DNA of 64,000 bases from Candidatus Binatia bacterium (GTDB lineage: Bacteria; Desulfobacterota; Binatia; UBA9968; JAJDTQ01). The DNA lies in assembly GCA_963666515.2 (NCBI GenBank), contig OY762897.2, positions 3,296,001-3,360,000 of the forward strand. Direction: 5' to 3'. This document shows, one piece after another, positions 44,129-54,142 of this stretch; position 1 is the stretch's first letter; every line of letters starts with the position of its first letter. The translations under genes and the position numbers were made by a program. The notes under the pieces were generated by a model. It was not told the origin of the DNA, did no database searches, and saw only the letters and a list, made by a program, of their open reading frames with translations.

Positions 44129-45580
44129 TTAGGTTTCCGGGAACGGCAGGATCCCCCGGTACTTCTCGATCATCCGCTTCCGCAGCTCCCGCGGGCTGCG
44201 GCTGACCTTGGGGAAATCGTCGCGCCGGTGGAACGGACGCACCGCGTAGAACACCGCCAGCGAGTTGGTGTGGTCGCCGGAATCCCGTTTCTCAGGCGGC
44301 ATCAGCGGATCCAGCGGCGTGCTCCAGCAATTGTCCAGGATCTCGATGTCGCGGGACGGCTCGGCCCGGGTGGTCATGGCCCACATCACCTCGGAGAAGT
44401 TCGTGGGGTCGATGTCCTCGTCCACGATGACGATCCAGCGGCCGTTGCGGGTGGCCGCGGCGACGGCGCGCGCGGCCTGCTGCGCGTGTCCGGGGTACCG
44501 TTGCCGGATGGCGACCACCCGGATATAGCCCATGTGCCGGCCCACCCCCGCCACGTCCTGGATGCCGGCCCGCGCCAGGTCGGCCACGCCGCCCCGGCCG
44601 GCGCCCATCTCCAGGCCGCCCCGGCGGGCGCCCGGCCACATGGGCGCATCGCCGTGGATGATGGGGTTGTCCCGGTAGTACACGGCCTTGACCCGGATTA
44701 CCGGCTGGGGCTCGCCGGTACCGATGGTCCCTCCCGAGTAGTATCCCGGCCACTCGCCGAACGGCCCCTCGTCCCGCGACTCCACGTCCGGCGGCGGCAC
44801 TTCTCCCTCGATCGCCACCTCCGCGTGGGCCGGGATCGGCAGGCCGGCTACCGGCCCCTTGATCACTTCGACGGGCCTTTGGCGGAGCCCGCCCGCCAGG
44901 TCCAGCTCGCTCCGGCCCCAGGGAATCCGGTTGTTGGATGCGATGAAGACCAGCGGATCGCCGCCGAAGGTAGCCACCACCGGGCAGCTACGTCCCTGCG
45001 CCCAGTGGCGCTGGCAGATCTGCCGTCCGTGCTGGCCCGGACTCATCCACAGGCCCAGCAGATCGCGGTCATGGATCTGCATGCGGTAGGTCCCGGCGTT
45101 CACGAAGCCGCTCTCCGGATCGCGGTTGATGACGCAGTCGCCGGTGCCGATGTAGCGCCCGCCGTCCATGGCATGGTAGCGGGGCGCCGGGAACCGCAGC
45201 AGGTCCACGTCCGCCCCGGTCATGACGTTCCGCATCACCGGCCCGTCCGCGACCTCCGCCGGCGGGATCGGCTCCGCCTCCCGCATCTTCCGGGACGCCA
45301 TCTCGCTGAGCTTCGCCCGGGGCTCGTGGACCGGCAGCCCCAGCGCCAGGGCGGCGCGCTTGTAGGACGCGGTGAGCAGCCCCACCACGCGAAAGCCCGC
45401 GGGATATCCCCTGATCCGGTCGAACAGCAGCATGGGCGGGTCGGGGATCAGCTCGCCGGTCACCTCCCTCAGCGCGCCGATCTCCTCGTCCCAGTCCGCG
45501 TCCGCGATCTCGCGCCAGTCATCGACCTGCTTGCACGCCTCCACGAACTCCTGGAGGCCGTCGAACACTTGCTCGCTCAT
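44129..45580 (-). CDS. UbiD-family (de)carboxylase
   Basis: DGGRYIGT, NAGTYR, EGPFGEWPGYY, VDEDIDP, VMWAMTTR. Confidence 0.92.
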   Translation of the reverse strand: MSEQVFDGLQEFVEACKQVDDWREIADADWDEEIGALREVTGELIPDPPMLLFDRIRGYPAGFRVVGLLTASYKRAALALGLPVHEPRAKLSEMASRKMREAEPIPPAEVADGPVMRNVMTGADVDLLRFPAPRYHAMDGGRYIGTGDCVINRDPESGFVNAGTYRMQIHDRDLLGLWMSPGQHGRQICQRHWAQGRSCPVVATFGGDPLVFIASNNRIPWGRSELDLAGGLRQRPVEVIKGPVAGLPIPAHAEVAIEGEVPPPDVESRDEGPFGEWPGYYSGGTIGTGEPQPVIRVKAVYYRDNPIIHGDAPMWPGARRGGLEMGAGRGGVADLARAGIQDVAGVGRHMGYIRVVAIRQRYPGHAQQAARAVAAATRNGRWIVIVDEDIDPTNFSEVMWAMTTRAEPSRDIEILDNCWSTPLDPLMPPEKRDSGDHTNSLAVFYAVRPFHRRDDFPKVSRSPRELRKRMIEKYRGILPFPET

Positions 45581-45773
45581 GGTATCGCCTTGCCGCTGTC
45601 GTTCGGGTGCCGGGTTCACGAGGACTCCCCATGACCGCCCACGATGCCTATCCCATACCCGACCCGTTTACAACCGCCGGCCGGTTGCCTACCGGCCGTT
45701 CTCTGTCGTAAGAATATCGTAGTCCCGGATCGGGTGGTTCAAGGGTCCGGCAGCCACGAAAGGAGACAGGCAC

Positions 45774-46199
45774 ATGCTCAAGATCGAAGGCGTTACCCAT
45801 TGGTCCATTCCCGTGAACGACCTGGGCGAGGCGGAGAAGTTCTACGGTGATCTGCTGGGACTCAAGAACCTCGGCCGGCTCGCCAACAACGTCATGGCGT
45901 GCTTCAACGTGGGCGACCACAACATCCTCCTGTGCGAGCGCCGGGAGCTGCCGGACAAGCCGGAGGACGACCGCGTGCACCACTCCTTCACGGTCAGCCC
46001 GGAGACGTTGAACGAGGCATGCAAGGTGTTCAAGGAGAAGAAGGTGGACGTCGTGGAGCTGTACTACCGCAAGGGCGGCTACTTCCCCGGGCGGGAACTG
46101 TACTTCTCGGACCCCAGCGGCAACCGCCTGGAGCTTCGCGATCCGACCTGGAAGGACGGCATGCCCGAGCCCACCTTCGACGAAGTGGCCGGCTCGTAA
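45774..46199 (+). CDS. VOC (glyoxalase/dioxygenase) family protein
   Basis: THWSIPVNDL..AEKFY, HHSF, YFSDPSGNRLE. Confidence 0.88.
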   Translation: MLKIEGVTHWSIPVNDLGEAEKFYGDLLGLKNLGRLANNVMACFNVGDHNILLCERRELPDKPEDDRVHHSFTVSPETLNEACKVFKEKKVDVVELYYRKGGYFPGRELYFSDPSGNRLELRDPTWKDGMPEPTFDEVAGS

Positions 46200-46222
46200 G
46201 CCAAGTCAAGGAGAAACCATCG

Positions 46223-47392
46223 ATGACGCAGGTGCACCCCGACACGAGTTCCGACGATACCGTTGCTCCCGACCTGGAGGTCAAGGAATACACCTACGAC
46301 GACTGGATGGCGTCCACCGGCGTTCCGGTTCATCGGGGCTACTTCATCGAGGACCTGCGCACCGTCGAGCTGGGCTGGTGGGAGGAACGGGGCTGCGAGA
46401 GCGCCTTCATCCAGCTCGTGGGGCAGGAGGGGGTCACCTCCGCCATGGTGCAGGAGATCCCGCCGGGGCAGACCCTGCCGCCGCTGAAGTTCGCCCTTGA
46501 CGAGCTGGTCTACGTGCTCCAGGGCCACGGCGTGACCACGGTGTGGCCGGGCGACAACGGCTCCAGGACGAGCTTCGAATGGCAGCCCCGGAGCCTGTTC
46601 CAGGTCCCGCACAACTACCACCACACCATGAGCAACATGCGCGGCGACCAGCCCGTGCGGCTGCTGCGCTACAGCTACCTGCCGCTGGCCCTGTCGCTCA
46701 ACACCGACCCGTCGTTCTTCTTCAACAACCACCACGAGGGAGAAGACTTCCTGGCCGACGGCGGCCAGCTCTACTCCGAGGCCAAGCTGGTGCGCGACGG
46801 CGACCCGGCCCGCACCTGGGGCGGCCGCAGCGGCATCTTCTGGTACGGCAACTTCTTTCCCGACATGGGCTCCTGGAACAAGCTCAACCGCAGCAGCCGC
46901 CGGGGCGCCGGCGGCCACAGCGTGCTCATGACCTTCCCCAACTCCGAGATGTCCTGCCACATGTCGGTGTTCCCCTCCCGCACCTACAAGAAGGCGCACC
47001 GCCACGGCCCCGGCCGGGTCATCGTCATCCCCGCCGGCGAGGGCTACTCCATCCTGTGGGAGGAAGGGAAGGAGAAGGTGGTGGCGCCGTGGCACGAGGC
47101 CAGCATGTTCGTGCCCCCCGGCAAGTGGTTCCACCAGCACTTCAACGCCGGCGGCACCCCGGCCCGCTACCTGGCGCTGCACCCGCCCCGGCAGTTCCGC
47201 GGCCACGCCGAGAAGGTCGAGGACCGCAACAAGGACCAGATCGAGTACGCCGACGAGGACCCGCAAATCCGCGAGCGTTTCGAGGGGGAGCTGGACAAGC
47301 GCGGGCTGACCACCCTGATGCCGGACGAGGTCTACCGCAACCGCGATTTCCAGTGGACCTACCGGGACGCGGAGGCCCAGGCGGCCGGGTGA
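46223..47392 (+). CDS. Bicupin protein (gentisate 1,2-dioxygenase-like fold)
   Basis: Two cupin domains; YKKAHRHGPG and WFHQHFN metal motifs; AAGGAG RBS. Confidence 0.75.
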   Translation: MTQVHPDTSSDDTVAPDLEVKEYTYDDWMASTGVPVHRGYFIEDLRTVELGWWEERGCESAFIQLVGQEGVTSAMVQEIPPGQTLPPLKFALDELVYVLQGHGVTTVWPGDNGSRTSFEWQPRSLFQVPHNYHHTMSNMRGDQPVRLLRYSYLPLALSLNTDPSFFFNNHHEGEDFLADGGQLYSEAKLVRDGDPARTWGGRSGIFWYGNFFPDMGSWNKLNRSSRRGAGGHSVLMTFPNSEMSCHMSVFPSRTYKKAHRHGPGRVIVIPAGEGYSILWEEGKEKVVAPWHEASMFVPPGKWFHQHFNAGGTPARYLALHPPRQFRGHAEKVEDRNKDQIEYADEDPQIRERFEGELDKRGLTTLMPDEVYRNRDFQWTYRDAEAQAAG

Positions 47393-47422
47393 CCGGCGCC
47401 CGTCGCGACGAGTCGTCCGGCC

Positions 47423-48268
47423 ATGCAGATCATCGACTCCCAGGTCCACATCTGGGCTGCCGAGACCCCGGACAAGCCCTGGGACCGGGTGGACGCGGCC
47501 AAGCCGCACCGCCCGGAGCCCCTGGGGCACGAGGAGCTGCTGCGCGAGATGGACGGCGCCGGCGTCGCCCGTTGCGTGCTGGTGCCTCCCACCTGGGAAT
47601 CGGATCGGAACGACACCTCGCTGGAGGCGGCGCGCCTCCATCCCGACCGGTTCAGGGTCATGGGCCGGCTCACCCTGGACGACCCCGCGAGCCGGGAACG
47701 CATGGCCACGTGGAAGGACCAGCCCGGGATGCTGGGCATCCGCCTGACCTTCCATCGCGGCCGCTACCGCACCTGGCTGGACGACGGCGCTATCGACTGG
47801 TTCTGGGCGGCGGCCGAGCGCCACGACGTCCCGGTCATGGCGCTGGCGCCGCACCATCTGCCGCAACTCGCCGCGGTGGCCGCGCGCCACCCGGGGCTGC
47901 GGCTGTGCATCGACCACATGGGCCTCAACACCAGCCTGGTGGGCAAGCCGCTGGGTCCCATCATCGACGGCCTGATCGAGCTGGCGGCCCTGCCCAACGT
48001 GGCGGTGAAGGCCTCGGCGCTGCCGTGCTACTCCACGGAGGAATACCCCTATCCGTCGCTGCACCCGCAGATCCGCCGGGTGGTCGACGCCTTCGGGCCC
48101 CGGCGCGTGTTCTGGGGCACCGACCTGTCCCACCTGCCCTGCCCGTACCGGCAGGCGCTGACGCTGTTCACCGAAGAGTTGGACAACCTGACCGCGGACG
48201 AGAAGGAATGGATACTCGGGCGCGCCATTGCCGAGTGGCTGGACTGGCCGTTCCCCGAATCTTCGTAG
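47423..48268 (+). CDS. Amidohydrolase-2 family protein (lactonase-like)
   Basis: IIDSQVHIW, IDHMG, VFWGTD. Confidence 0.85.
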   Translation: MQIIDSQVHIWAAETPDKPWDRVDAAKPHRPEPLGHEELLREMDGAGVARCVLVPPTWESDRNDTSLEAARLHPDRFRVMGRLTLDDPASRERMATWKDQPGMLGIRLTFHRGRYRTWLDDGAIDWFWAAAERHDVPVMALAPHHLPQLAAVAARHPGLRLCIDHMGLNTSLVGKPLGPIIDGLIELAALPNVAVKASALPCYSTEEYPYPSLHPQIRRVVDAFGPRRVFWGTDLSHLPCPYRQALTLFTEELDNLTADEKEWILGRAIAEWLDWPFPESS

Positions 48269-48359
48269 CCTGCACCGCGGGAGCAAGAAGTCGCAGGGCG
48301 GATGTCAGGACCGTCCGCACCGCACTGTTGGGCGATAAAGCCCCCGGGAGAACCCTGCA

Positions 48360-49517
48360 ATGGCGAGAGCCTACCGGCACGTTTCCGCGGACAGCCATTT
48401 CGAGGCGCCGCCGGACTTCTGGCGGCACCGCATCCCCGAGAAGTACCGGGACCGGGCGTCGCGAAGGATCCGCCTCCCCAACGGCCACGACGGGCTGCTG
48501 CGGGAGGGCCGGCCGCTGGTGTACGGCGGCACCAGCTTCTACGGCGGACGGCCGCCGGAAGAGTTCAATCCCGCGGTCATCGACTTCGACGGCACGCCGG
48601 GCTGCGGCGGCGCCGAGCAGCGGCTGCGCGAGCAGGACCGGGACGGCGTCGACGCCGAGGTGCTGTACGCGCTGGAGATACGCAATCCCGCCATCCGGGA
48701 CCGGGAGGCGTTCACCGGCATCATCCATCACTTCAACGAATTCATGGCGGAGGAGTACTGCGCGGTGGACCCGGAGCGGCTGATCGGCGTCGGCATCCTG
48801 CCCAACCGCGGCGTGGAGGACGACATCGCCGAGCTGGAGCACTGCAAGCGCCTGGGCTTCAAGGCGGCTTGGCTGGCCACTTGGCCCAGCGGCCGGGGCT
48901 TCCCCTCGCCCGATGACGACCGCTTGTGGGCCGCGGCCCTGGACCTCGACATGCCGCTGACGGTGCACACCTCGTTCCCGACCAAGGTCGGCGCCCGCGA
49001 GACGCCGCTCTTCAACTACCCCCAGGAGCCTCCGGGCGAGCAACGGCCGCCCACCGACTTCGTCCAGCGACTGGCCCGGCAGGGTCCATACCACTCGGGC
49101 TCGGTGGAGGCCAGCCAGATGGTGGTGGCCGGCATCTTCGACCGCTTCCCGAGACTGCGCATCTACTGGGCCGAGAACAACGTCGGCTGGCTGCCGTACT
49201 TCTACGAGCAGATGGACCACGAGTACACCACCAACCGGTTCTGGGCCGAACGGCAGATGGGGTTGCCGCGGCTGAAGCGGCTCCCCAGCGAGTACCTCCG
49301 GGAGCACGCCTACTGGGGCTTCTTCGAGGACCACGTGGGCGTGCGGCTGCGCCATGACGTGGGCGTCGACCGCATGATGTGGGGCAGCGACTTCCCCCAC
49401 ATCGTGACCCGCTGGCCCCACTCCATGGAGCTGCTGGACTCGCAGATGGAAGGCGTGCCCCCCGACGAGCGCCAACGGATGGTGGCCGGCAACGCCGTCG
49501 AGTTCTTCCGGCTCTAG
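48360..49517 (+). CDS. Amidohydrolase-2 family protein
   Basis: SADSHF, TVHT, FDRFPRL, AENNVGW, MWGSDFPH. Confidence 0.88.
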   Translation: MARAYRHVSADSHFEAPPDFWRHRIPEKYRDRASRRIRLPNGHDGLLREGRPLVYGGTSFYGGRPPEEFNPAVIDFDGTPGCGGAEQRLREQDRDGVDAEVLYALEIRNPAIRDREAFTGIIHHFNEFMAEEYCAVDPERLIGVGILPNRGVEDDIAELEHCKRLGFKAAWLATWPSGRGFPSPDDDRLWAAALDLDMPLTVHTSFPTKVGARETPLFNYPQEPPGEQRPPTDFVQRLARQGPYHSGSVEASQMVVAGIFDRFPRLRIYWAENNVGWLPYFYEQMDHEYTTNRFWAERQMGLPRLKRLPSEYLREHAYWGFFEDHVGVRLRHDVGVDRMMWGSDFPHIVTRWPHSMELLDSQMEGVPPDERQRMVAGNAVEFFRL

Positions 49518-49591
49518 CCCGCTACCGTCCGCATCCCTCATCCCCGCAGAACAGGCTGTGTCAAACTCGCGGGGCAGATAAATTACGAATA

Positions 49592-49620
49592 CGTCATTCC
49601 GGCGAAAGCCGGAATCCAGG
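49592..49620 (+). repeat. cgtcattccggcgaaagccggaatccagg palindromic repeat
   Basis: Identical to the copy at 63645-63673. Confidence 0.8.
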
Positions 49621-49684
49621 CGCTTTTCTTCTTCGGCCGGGCGGAGTAGAGTCCCCTGCGAAATCGCAACCACCCGGAGGAACC

Positions 49685-50707
49685 ATGCTACCCGACATGC
49701 CACGAGATCAGCAGCTCGACCTGCTGCGCAAGATGCTCATGATACGGCGCGCGGAAGAGCACGTCGTCCGCTTCAACGAGGAGCACGAGGGCCTCATCCG
49801 CGGCCACTTCCACATCTACATCGGCCAGGAGGCCACCGGAGTGGGCGTGTGCGCGGCGTTGGCGCGGGAGGACTACGTCTTCAGCACGCACCGGAACCAC
49901 GGCCACGTCATCGCCAAGGGCGGCGACCCCGGCAAGGTGCTGGCGGAGGTCATCGGGCGCGAGACCGGCTACTGCCTCGGGCGCGGCGGCACCTTCCACG
50001 TGGCAGCGCCCGACCTGAACATCCTGCACACCTCCGCCATCGTGGGCGGCAGCACCGCGCTGGCCTCGGGCGCGGCGCTGGCGGCGCAGGTGCTGGAGTC
50101 CGACGCGGTCACCGTGGTCTTCTTCGGCGACGGCGCCATGGACGAGGGCGTGGCGTACGAGAGCATGAACATCGCCCGACTGTGGAACCTGCCGCTGATC
50201 TTCGTGATGGAGAACAACTACCGGCGCGCCGGAAGGGTCAATACCGACCACGCCGCCGACGACCTGCCCAACATTCCCCGCGCGCTCAACCTCGAGACCG
50301 TCACGGTGGACGGCGACGACGTGGGGCAGGTGCACGGCACGCTCAAGGAGTTGGTGCGGCGGGTCCGGGCGGGCGAGGGGCCGTTCTTCGTCGAGGCGCG
50401 CACCCACCCCTGGCCGGGGAACGACGGCGCCCATCCCGAGCTGGTGGCCGGACTGACCGACATCAACTGGGCCTGGGACGCGAGCCCGGTGCCGGAGAAC
50501 GTGCGCTCCTGGTACGCGGAGGGCGACTGCATCCTGGCCTACGCGCGGGAATTGGCGGATAGCGAAGGGTGCGACCGGGACACGGTCGTGCGGGTGGACG
50601 AGGAGGTGCGGCGCGAGGCCGACGCCGCGGCGCAGTTCGCGCTGACGAGCCCGCTGCCGCCGCCGGAGGCCGCGGTCAGGTACGCGTACGCGGGAAGGGG
50701 TGACTGA
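49685..50707 (+). CDS. ThDP-dependent dehydrogenase E1 alpha-like subunit
   Basis: GHFHIYIGQEA, HRNHGH, GRGG, FFGDGA...ENN ThDP motif. Confidence 0.88.
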   Translation: MLPDMPRDQQLDLLRKMLMIRRAEEHVVRFNEEHEGLIRGHFHIYIGQEATGVGVCAALAREDYVFSTHRNHGHVIAKGGDPGKVLAEVIGRETGYCLGRGGTFHVAAPDLNILHTSAIVGGSTALASGAALAAQVLESDAVTVVFFGDGAMDEGVAYESMNIARLWNLPLIFVMENNYRRAGRVNTDHAADDLPNIPRALNLETVTVDGDDVGQVHGTLKELVRRVRAGEGPFFVEARTHPWPGNDGAHPELVAGLTDINWAWDASPVPENVRSWYAEGDCILAYARELADSEGCDRDTVVRVDEEVRREADAAAQFALTSPLPPPEAAVRYAYAGRGD

Positions 50708-50710
50708 GCC

Positions 50711-51688
50711 ATGTCGAGAGAAATGACCCTGGGAGAGGCTTTGGTCGAGGCATTGTCCGAGGCCATGGAGCAGGATCGGCGGGTGGTGTTGATCGGCGGC
50801 GGGCTGGTGAGCTCCGGACCCGGCGCGCAACGGTTCCGCGCGGTGCGCGAGCGGCACGGCAACCGCATCAAGTCGCCGCCCATCGCCGAGCTGGGCTACT
50901 GCGGCATCGCCGCCGGCGCGGCCATGGCGGGGCTTCGGCCGCTGGTGGACATCGGCACCGCGACGTTCTCATACGAGGCGATCCCGCAGATCAACAACGA
51001 GGCGGCCATCGCCTACTCCAACTCCGGCGGCCAGACCAACGCCCCGGTCACCTACTTCATGCGCTACGGCATCCGCGGCGGCGGAGGGGTGCAGCACTCC
51101 GGCAGCCCGCAGCCCTGGTACTGGAACACGCCGGGCCTGCAGGTCGCCATGCCCGCCACCCCGGCGGACGCCAAGGGGCTGCTGCGGACCGCGCTCCTGA
51201 AGAGCCAGGACCCGACCATCTTCATGGCCCACGAGCGGCTGCTGGGCGAGCGCGGGACGGTGCCCGACGGCGAGCACGAGACCGGGTTCGGCAAGGCCGC
51301 TGTGGCCCGGGAAGGCGGCGACGTCACCATCGTGGCGACGGGCGTGCAGGTGCCCCGGGCCATGGCCGCGGCCGAGGCGCTGGCCAAGGACGGCATTTCG
51401 GCGGAGGTCGTGGACCCGCGGACGCTGGAGCCGCTGGACACCGACACCCTGCTGGCGTCGGTGCGCAAGACCGGCCGGCTGGTGGTCACCGACGAGAGCC
51501 ACGACAACTGCGGCGTCGCCGCGAACTTGGCCGCGCTGATGGCCGACCTCGCCTTCGACAGCCTGAAGGCGCCCATCAAGCGGGTCGCCATCCCGCACGT
51601 GCCGATCCCGTTCGCGGTGCCGCTGGAGGATTACGTGACGCCGACCGCGGGGCGGATCGAGGAAGCGGCGCGGTCGGTACTGGAGTGA
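50711..51688 (+). CDS. ThDP-dependent dehydrogenase E1 beta-like subunit
   Basis: PPIAE, GLRP, QHS, PADAKGLL, EVVDPRTLEPLD, SVRKTGR. Confidence 0.88.
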   Translation: MSREMTLGEALVEALSEAMEQDRRVVLIGGGLVSSGPGAQRFRAVRERHGNRIKSPPIAELGYCGIAAGAAMAGLRPLVDIGTATFSYEAIPQINNEAAIAYSNSGGQTNAPVTYFMRYGIRGGGGVQHSGSPQPWYWNTPGLQVAMPATPADAKGLLRTALLKSQDPTIFMAHERLLGERGTVPDGEHETGFGKAAVAREGGDVTIVATGVQVPRAMAAAEALAKDGISAEVVDPRTLEPLDTDTLLASVRKTGRLVVTDESHDNCGVAANLAALMADLAFDSLKAPIKRVAIPHVPIPFAVPLEDYVTPTAGRIEEAARSVLE

Positions 51689-51727
51689 ACGGGCGGAGGC
51701 GCCCGATACCGGTTCCCCGCCCCTCCT

Positions 51728-51813
51728 CTGGATTCCGGGTCAAGCCCGGAATGACGGAAAGAGTCACCCCGGACCCCGGATCAAGCCCGGGGCAAGCTTG
51801 ATCCGGGGTCCAG
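51728..51813. repeat. Composite palindromic repeat cluster between convergent genes
   Basis: ctggattccgggtcaagcccggaatgacg (variant of gtcattccgg family) plus ggaccccggatcaagc...gcttgatccggggtcc. Confidence 0.75.
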
Positions 51814-51850
51814 AGACGGGGGGCAGCGGGAGAGTCCCCTCCCGCGTGTC

Positions 51851-52603
51851 TCACACCGGCTCGGGCATCTCGGCCAGCAGCCGTCCGTAGCCCGGGATCG
51901 GCTGCCGCACGCCGAGGCGCATCTGGGTCTCCCAGCAGCGCGCGGGCAGGGCGTGCACCACCGGCACGCCCAGGTCGGCCTCCAGCGGCTGGATGATGTC
52001 CAGGGTCTTCCAGGCCGATCCCAGCATGTACAGGCACTCACCGCCCGGATGGCGGGCGAACATCTCCGTGAGCTGCCGCCGGATCTCCGAGGAGGGCACC
52101 TTGGGGACGTCCGCGAACGGCACGTCGATGCCCTCCATGCCCAGCATCTCGAACCCGGCGTCGGTCAGGTAGTCACGGAAGAGCGCGTTCAGCTCCTCCG
52201 GGAAGTAGCTGGCGCCCACGATCCGCCTCACCCCCAGGGTACGGAACGCCCGCACGTGGTTCATCCCCGAGGTCACCATCGGGATGCCGTAGCGGCTCTC
52301 CCAGGCCCGGATCGTCTCGCCTTCGCCCTCGTAACCCAGCAGCATGAACGGCGGCGCGCCGATGACCCGGATCAGGTCGGGTTTCAGGGCCGCCAGTTCG
52401 GCCGCCTTGGCCTCGTAGCCGGGAATGGACGCCCGGAACTCGGCTTGGTTGCCCTGGGTGAAGCCCATGCTCAGGTGCACGAGCCGGATGCTCGGCGGCA
52501 GCTTGGGGTCGAGCTCCTTGTCGCCCAGCACGCCGGTCCTGTTGGTGGGCCACACCGAGCCCACCAAGTGCTCCGTCCCGGAGCTTCGCGCGTCGTCTGC
52601 CAT
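51851..52603 (-). CDS. Asp/Glu racemase superfamily protein (maleate isomerase/arylmalonate decarboxylase-like)
   Basis: IGAPPF, YGIPMVTSG, LEADLGVPVV, PGYGRLL. Confidence 0.75.
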   Translation of the reverse strand: MADDARSSGTEHLVGSVWPTNRTGVLGDKELDPKLPPSIRLVHLSMGFTQGNQAEFRASIPGYEAKAAELAALKPDLIRVIGAPPFMLLGYEGEGETIRAWESRYGIPMVTSGMNHVRAFRTLGVRRIVGASYFPEELNALFRDYLTDAGFEMLGMEGIDVPFADVPKVPSSEIRRQLTEMFARHPGGECLYMLGSAWKTLDIIQPLEADLGVPVVHALPARCWETQMRLGVRQPIPGYGRLLAEMPEPV

Positions 52604-52692
52604 GATTACACTCCCGATAATGCCTTCAGTTCAACAGGATATAGCCGAACTATCATAGTACAAGGTCCGACCCTCATTGCACCGCCTTCCGG

Positions 52693-53556
52693 CTATCTTC
52701 GTCCGCCCACGGTTACGTAAGGGCTGATGGACTTCAGCTTCTTCGGGCCGATGCCGGGGATCTTCAGGAGGTCCTTCACCGCCCGGTACGGTCTCCCGGC
52801 GACGATCTTCTTCGCCGTGACCGGCCCGATGCCCGGGATTCCCTGTAGCTGGCTGCTGGTGGCGCGGTTCAGATCGACGCGCCGGTCGCCGCGAGCACGC
52901 CGGCCGGTGAGCCTGTCCCTCAATCCGCCCAGCGCCGCCCTCTTTTGCCGAAGACGCTTGCGCATCCCGACCAAGCGCTCGGGGTCCGTGGCGCGCCATA
53001 TCCCGGCGCGGTTCAACATGGCCACGGCGCGCAGGTCCCGGAGTTCGTCGAGAATTTGCCTGCTTGGCGTGCCGGCAGGGTCGGGCCGCGTCTTGCCGTG
53101 GACCCGCGCCAGCCCGTCTCGCACGAGCAGCCGTCCGAGGTAACGGCCGTCGTGGGTTTCGATGAAGGCATAGAAGCGGCCGGACGCCGAGCGGCCCAGC
53201 GCGTTCGCGTAGCTCGTATGGATCGAGAACGGCCTGGAGAGAACCTCCCGGGTGTACACGGCGGCGCGCTTGCCGAAGCGTATGACATCCTGCGGGTCGG
53301 CGAGGCCGAAATGGTGCTGCTGATCGCGTATCCGTTCCAGCTCTCCGGGGCTGGCGTAGGTGGTCTCGGGGCAGTCCACGTAGTAGAGCCGCAAGTGAAG
53401 CACCCGCTTGCCGGCCCGCGCCTTGAAGCTGTCGCCGTCGTTCATCATGCCGTGGACGAGCACCGCGTCCCTCAGGGTGACCAGTTCGCCGGCAAGGCAC
53501 GGCACGGGGGCGCATCCGAGCGCCAGCAGAAGAAGAAGGTGTGCGATCTTCGTCAT
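52693..53556 (-). CDS. Secreted thermonuclease (SNase-like) fused to ComEA-type helix-hairpin-helix domain
   Basis: Signal peptide, NDGDSF, LRLYYVDCPE, LLVRDGLAR, then VDLNRAT..QLQGIPGIGP...IPGIGPKK. Confidence 0.8.
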   Translation of the reverse strand: MTKIAHLLLLLALGCAPVPCLAGELVTLRDAVLVHGMMNDGDSFKARAGKRVLHLRLYYVDCPETTYASPGELERIRDQQHHFGLADPQDVIRFGKRAAVYTREVLSRPFSIHTSYANALGRSASGRFYAFIETHDGRYLGRLLVRDGLARVHGKTRPDPAGTPSRQILDELRDLRAVAMLNRAGIWRATDPERLVGMRKRLRQKRAALGGLRDRLTGRRARGDRRVDLNRATSSQLQGIPGIGPVTAKKIVAGRPYRAVKDLLKIPGIGPKKLKSISPYVTVGGRR

Positions 53557-53630
53557 TGCAGAAGCCGACCCGCCGCGCGGTCGGTTGACGGGCTCGCTAC
53601 CCGTTCGACGGCGTGAAGACCGGCGCCGGG

Positions 53631-53963
53631 CTACTTGGCGGTGACGTGGACGCCGCCGAAGGGTTCGGGGCGGTTGCCGTACAGCAGCAGGCGGCCCGTG
53701 CCGACGTTGGTGATCTGGTAGTAGTCCTTGGCCGGGAAGAAGACCACCTCGCCCTGCTCGATGATGCGTTCGCCACCGTTGATGTCCTTGACGCTGGCCT
53801 TGCCTTCCACCACCAGAAAGGTCTCCGGTTCCGCGTGAAAGTGCATGTCCGTGTGGTCGCCGGGCTTGAAATGCAGCATCCAGGTGCAGGACTTCTCCGT
53901 TCCGAAGAGCCGCGTGAACCGCTGCCCCGTGTCCGCCTTCTCCATAAGACTCGCGAATTCCAT
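53631..53963 (-). CDS. Cupin domain protein
   Basis: MHFHAEPETFLVVEG; GGAGG RBS. Confidence 0.75.
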   Translation of the reverse strand: MEFASLMEKADTGQRFTRLFGTEKSCTWMLHFKPGDHTDMHFHAEPETFLVVEGKASVKDINGGERIIEQGEVVFFPAKDYYQITNVGTGRLLLYGNRPEPFGGVHVTAK

Positions 53964-54142
53964 GGACGACCTCCCGTGTTCCAGGGTTCCCGGCGTTCCA
54001 TCCGGCTTCCAAGCCATTATCACAATCCGCCCGGGCTAGACAGCCGCCGGCGGACTGCTTCCGCGCTCCCACGGTTGCCTTGCCGCCCGGCAGCGTGATA
54101 CGGGCGTTAGACAAACCCCTCTGAGGAGACAGGAGAAATCCC

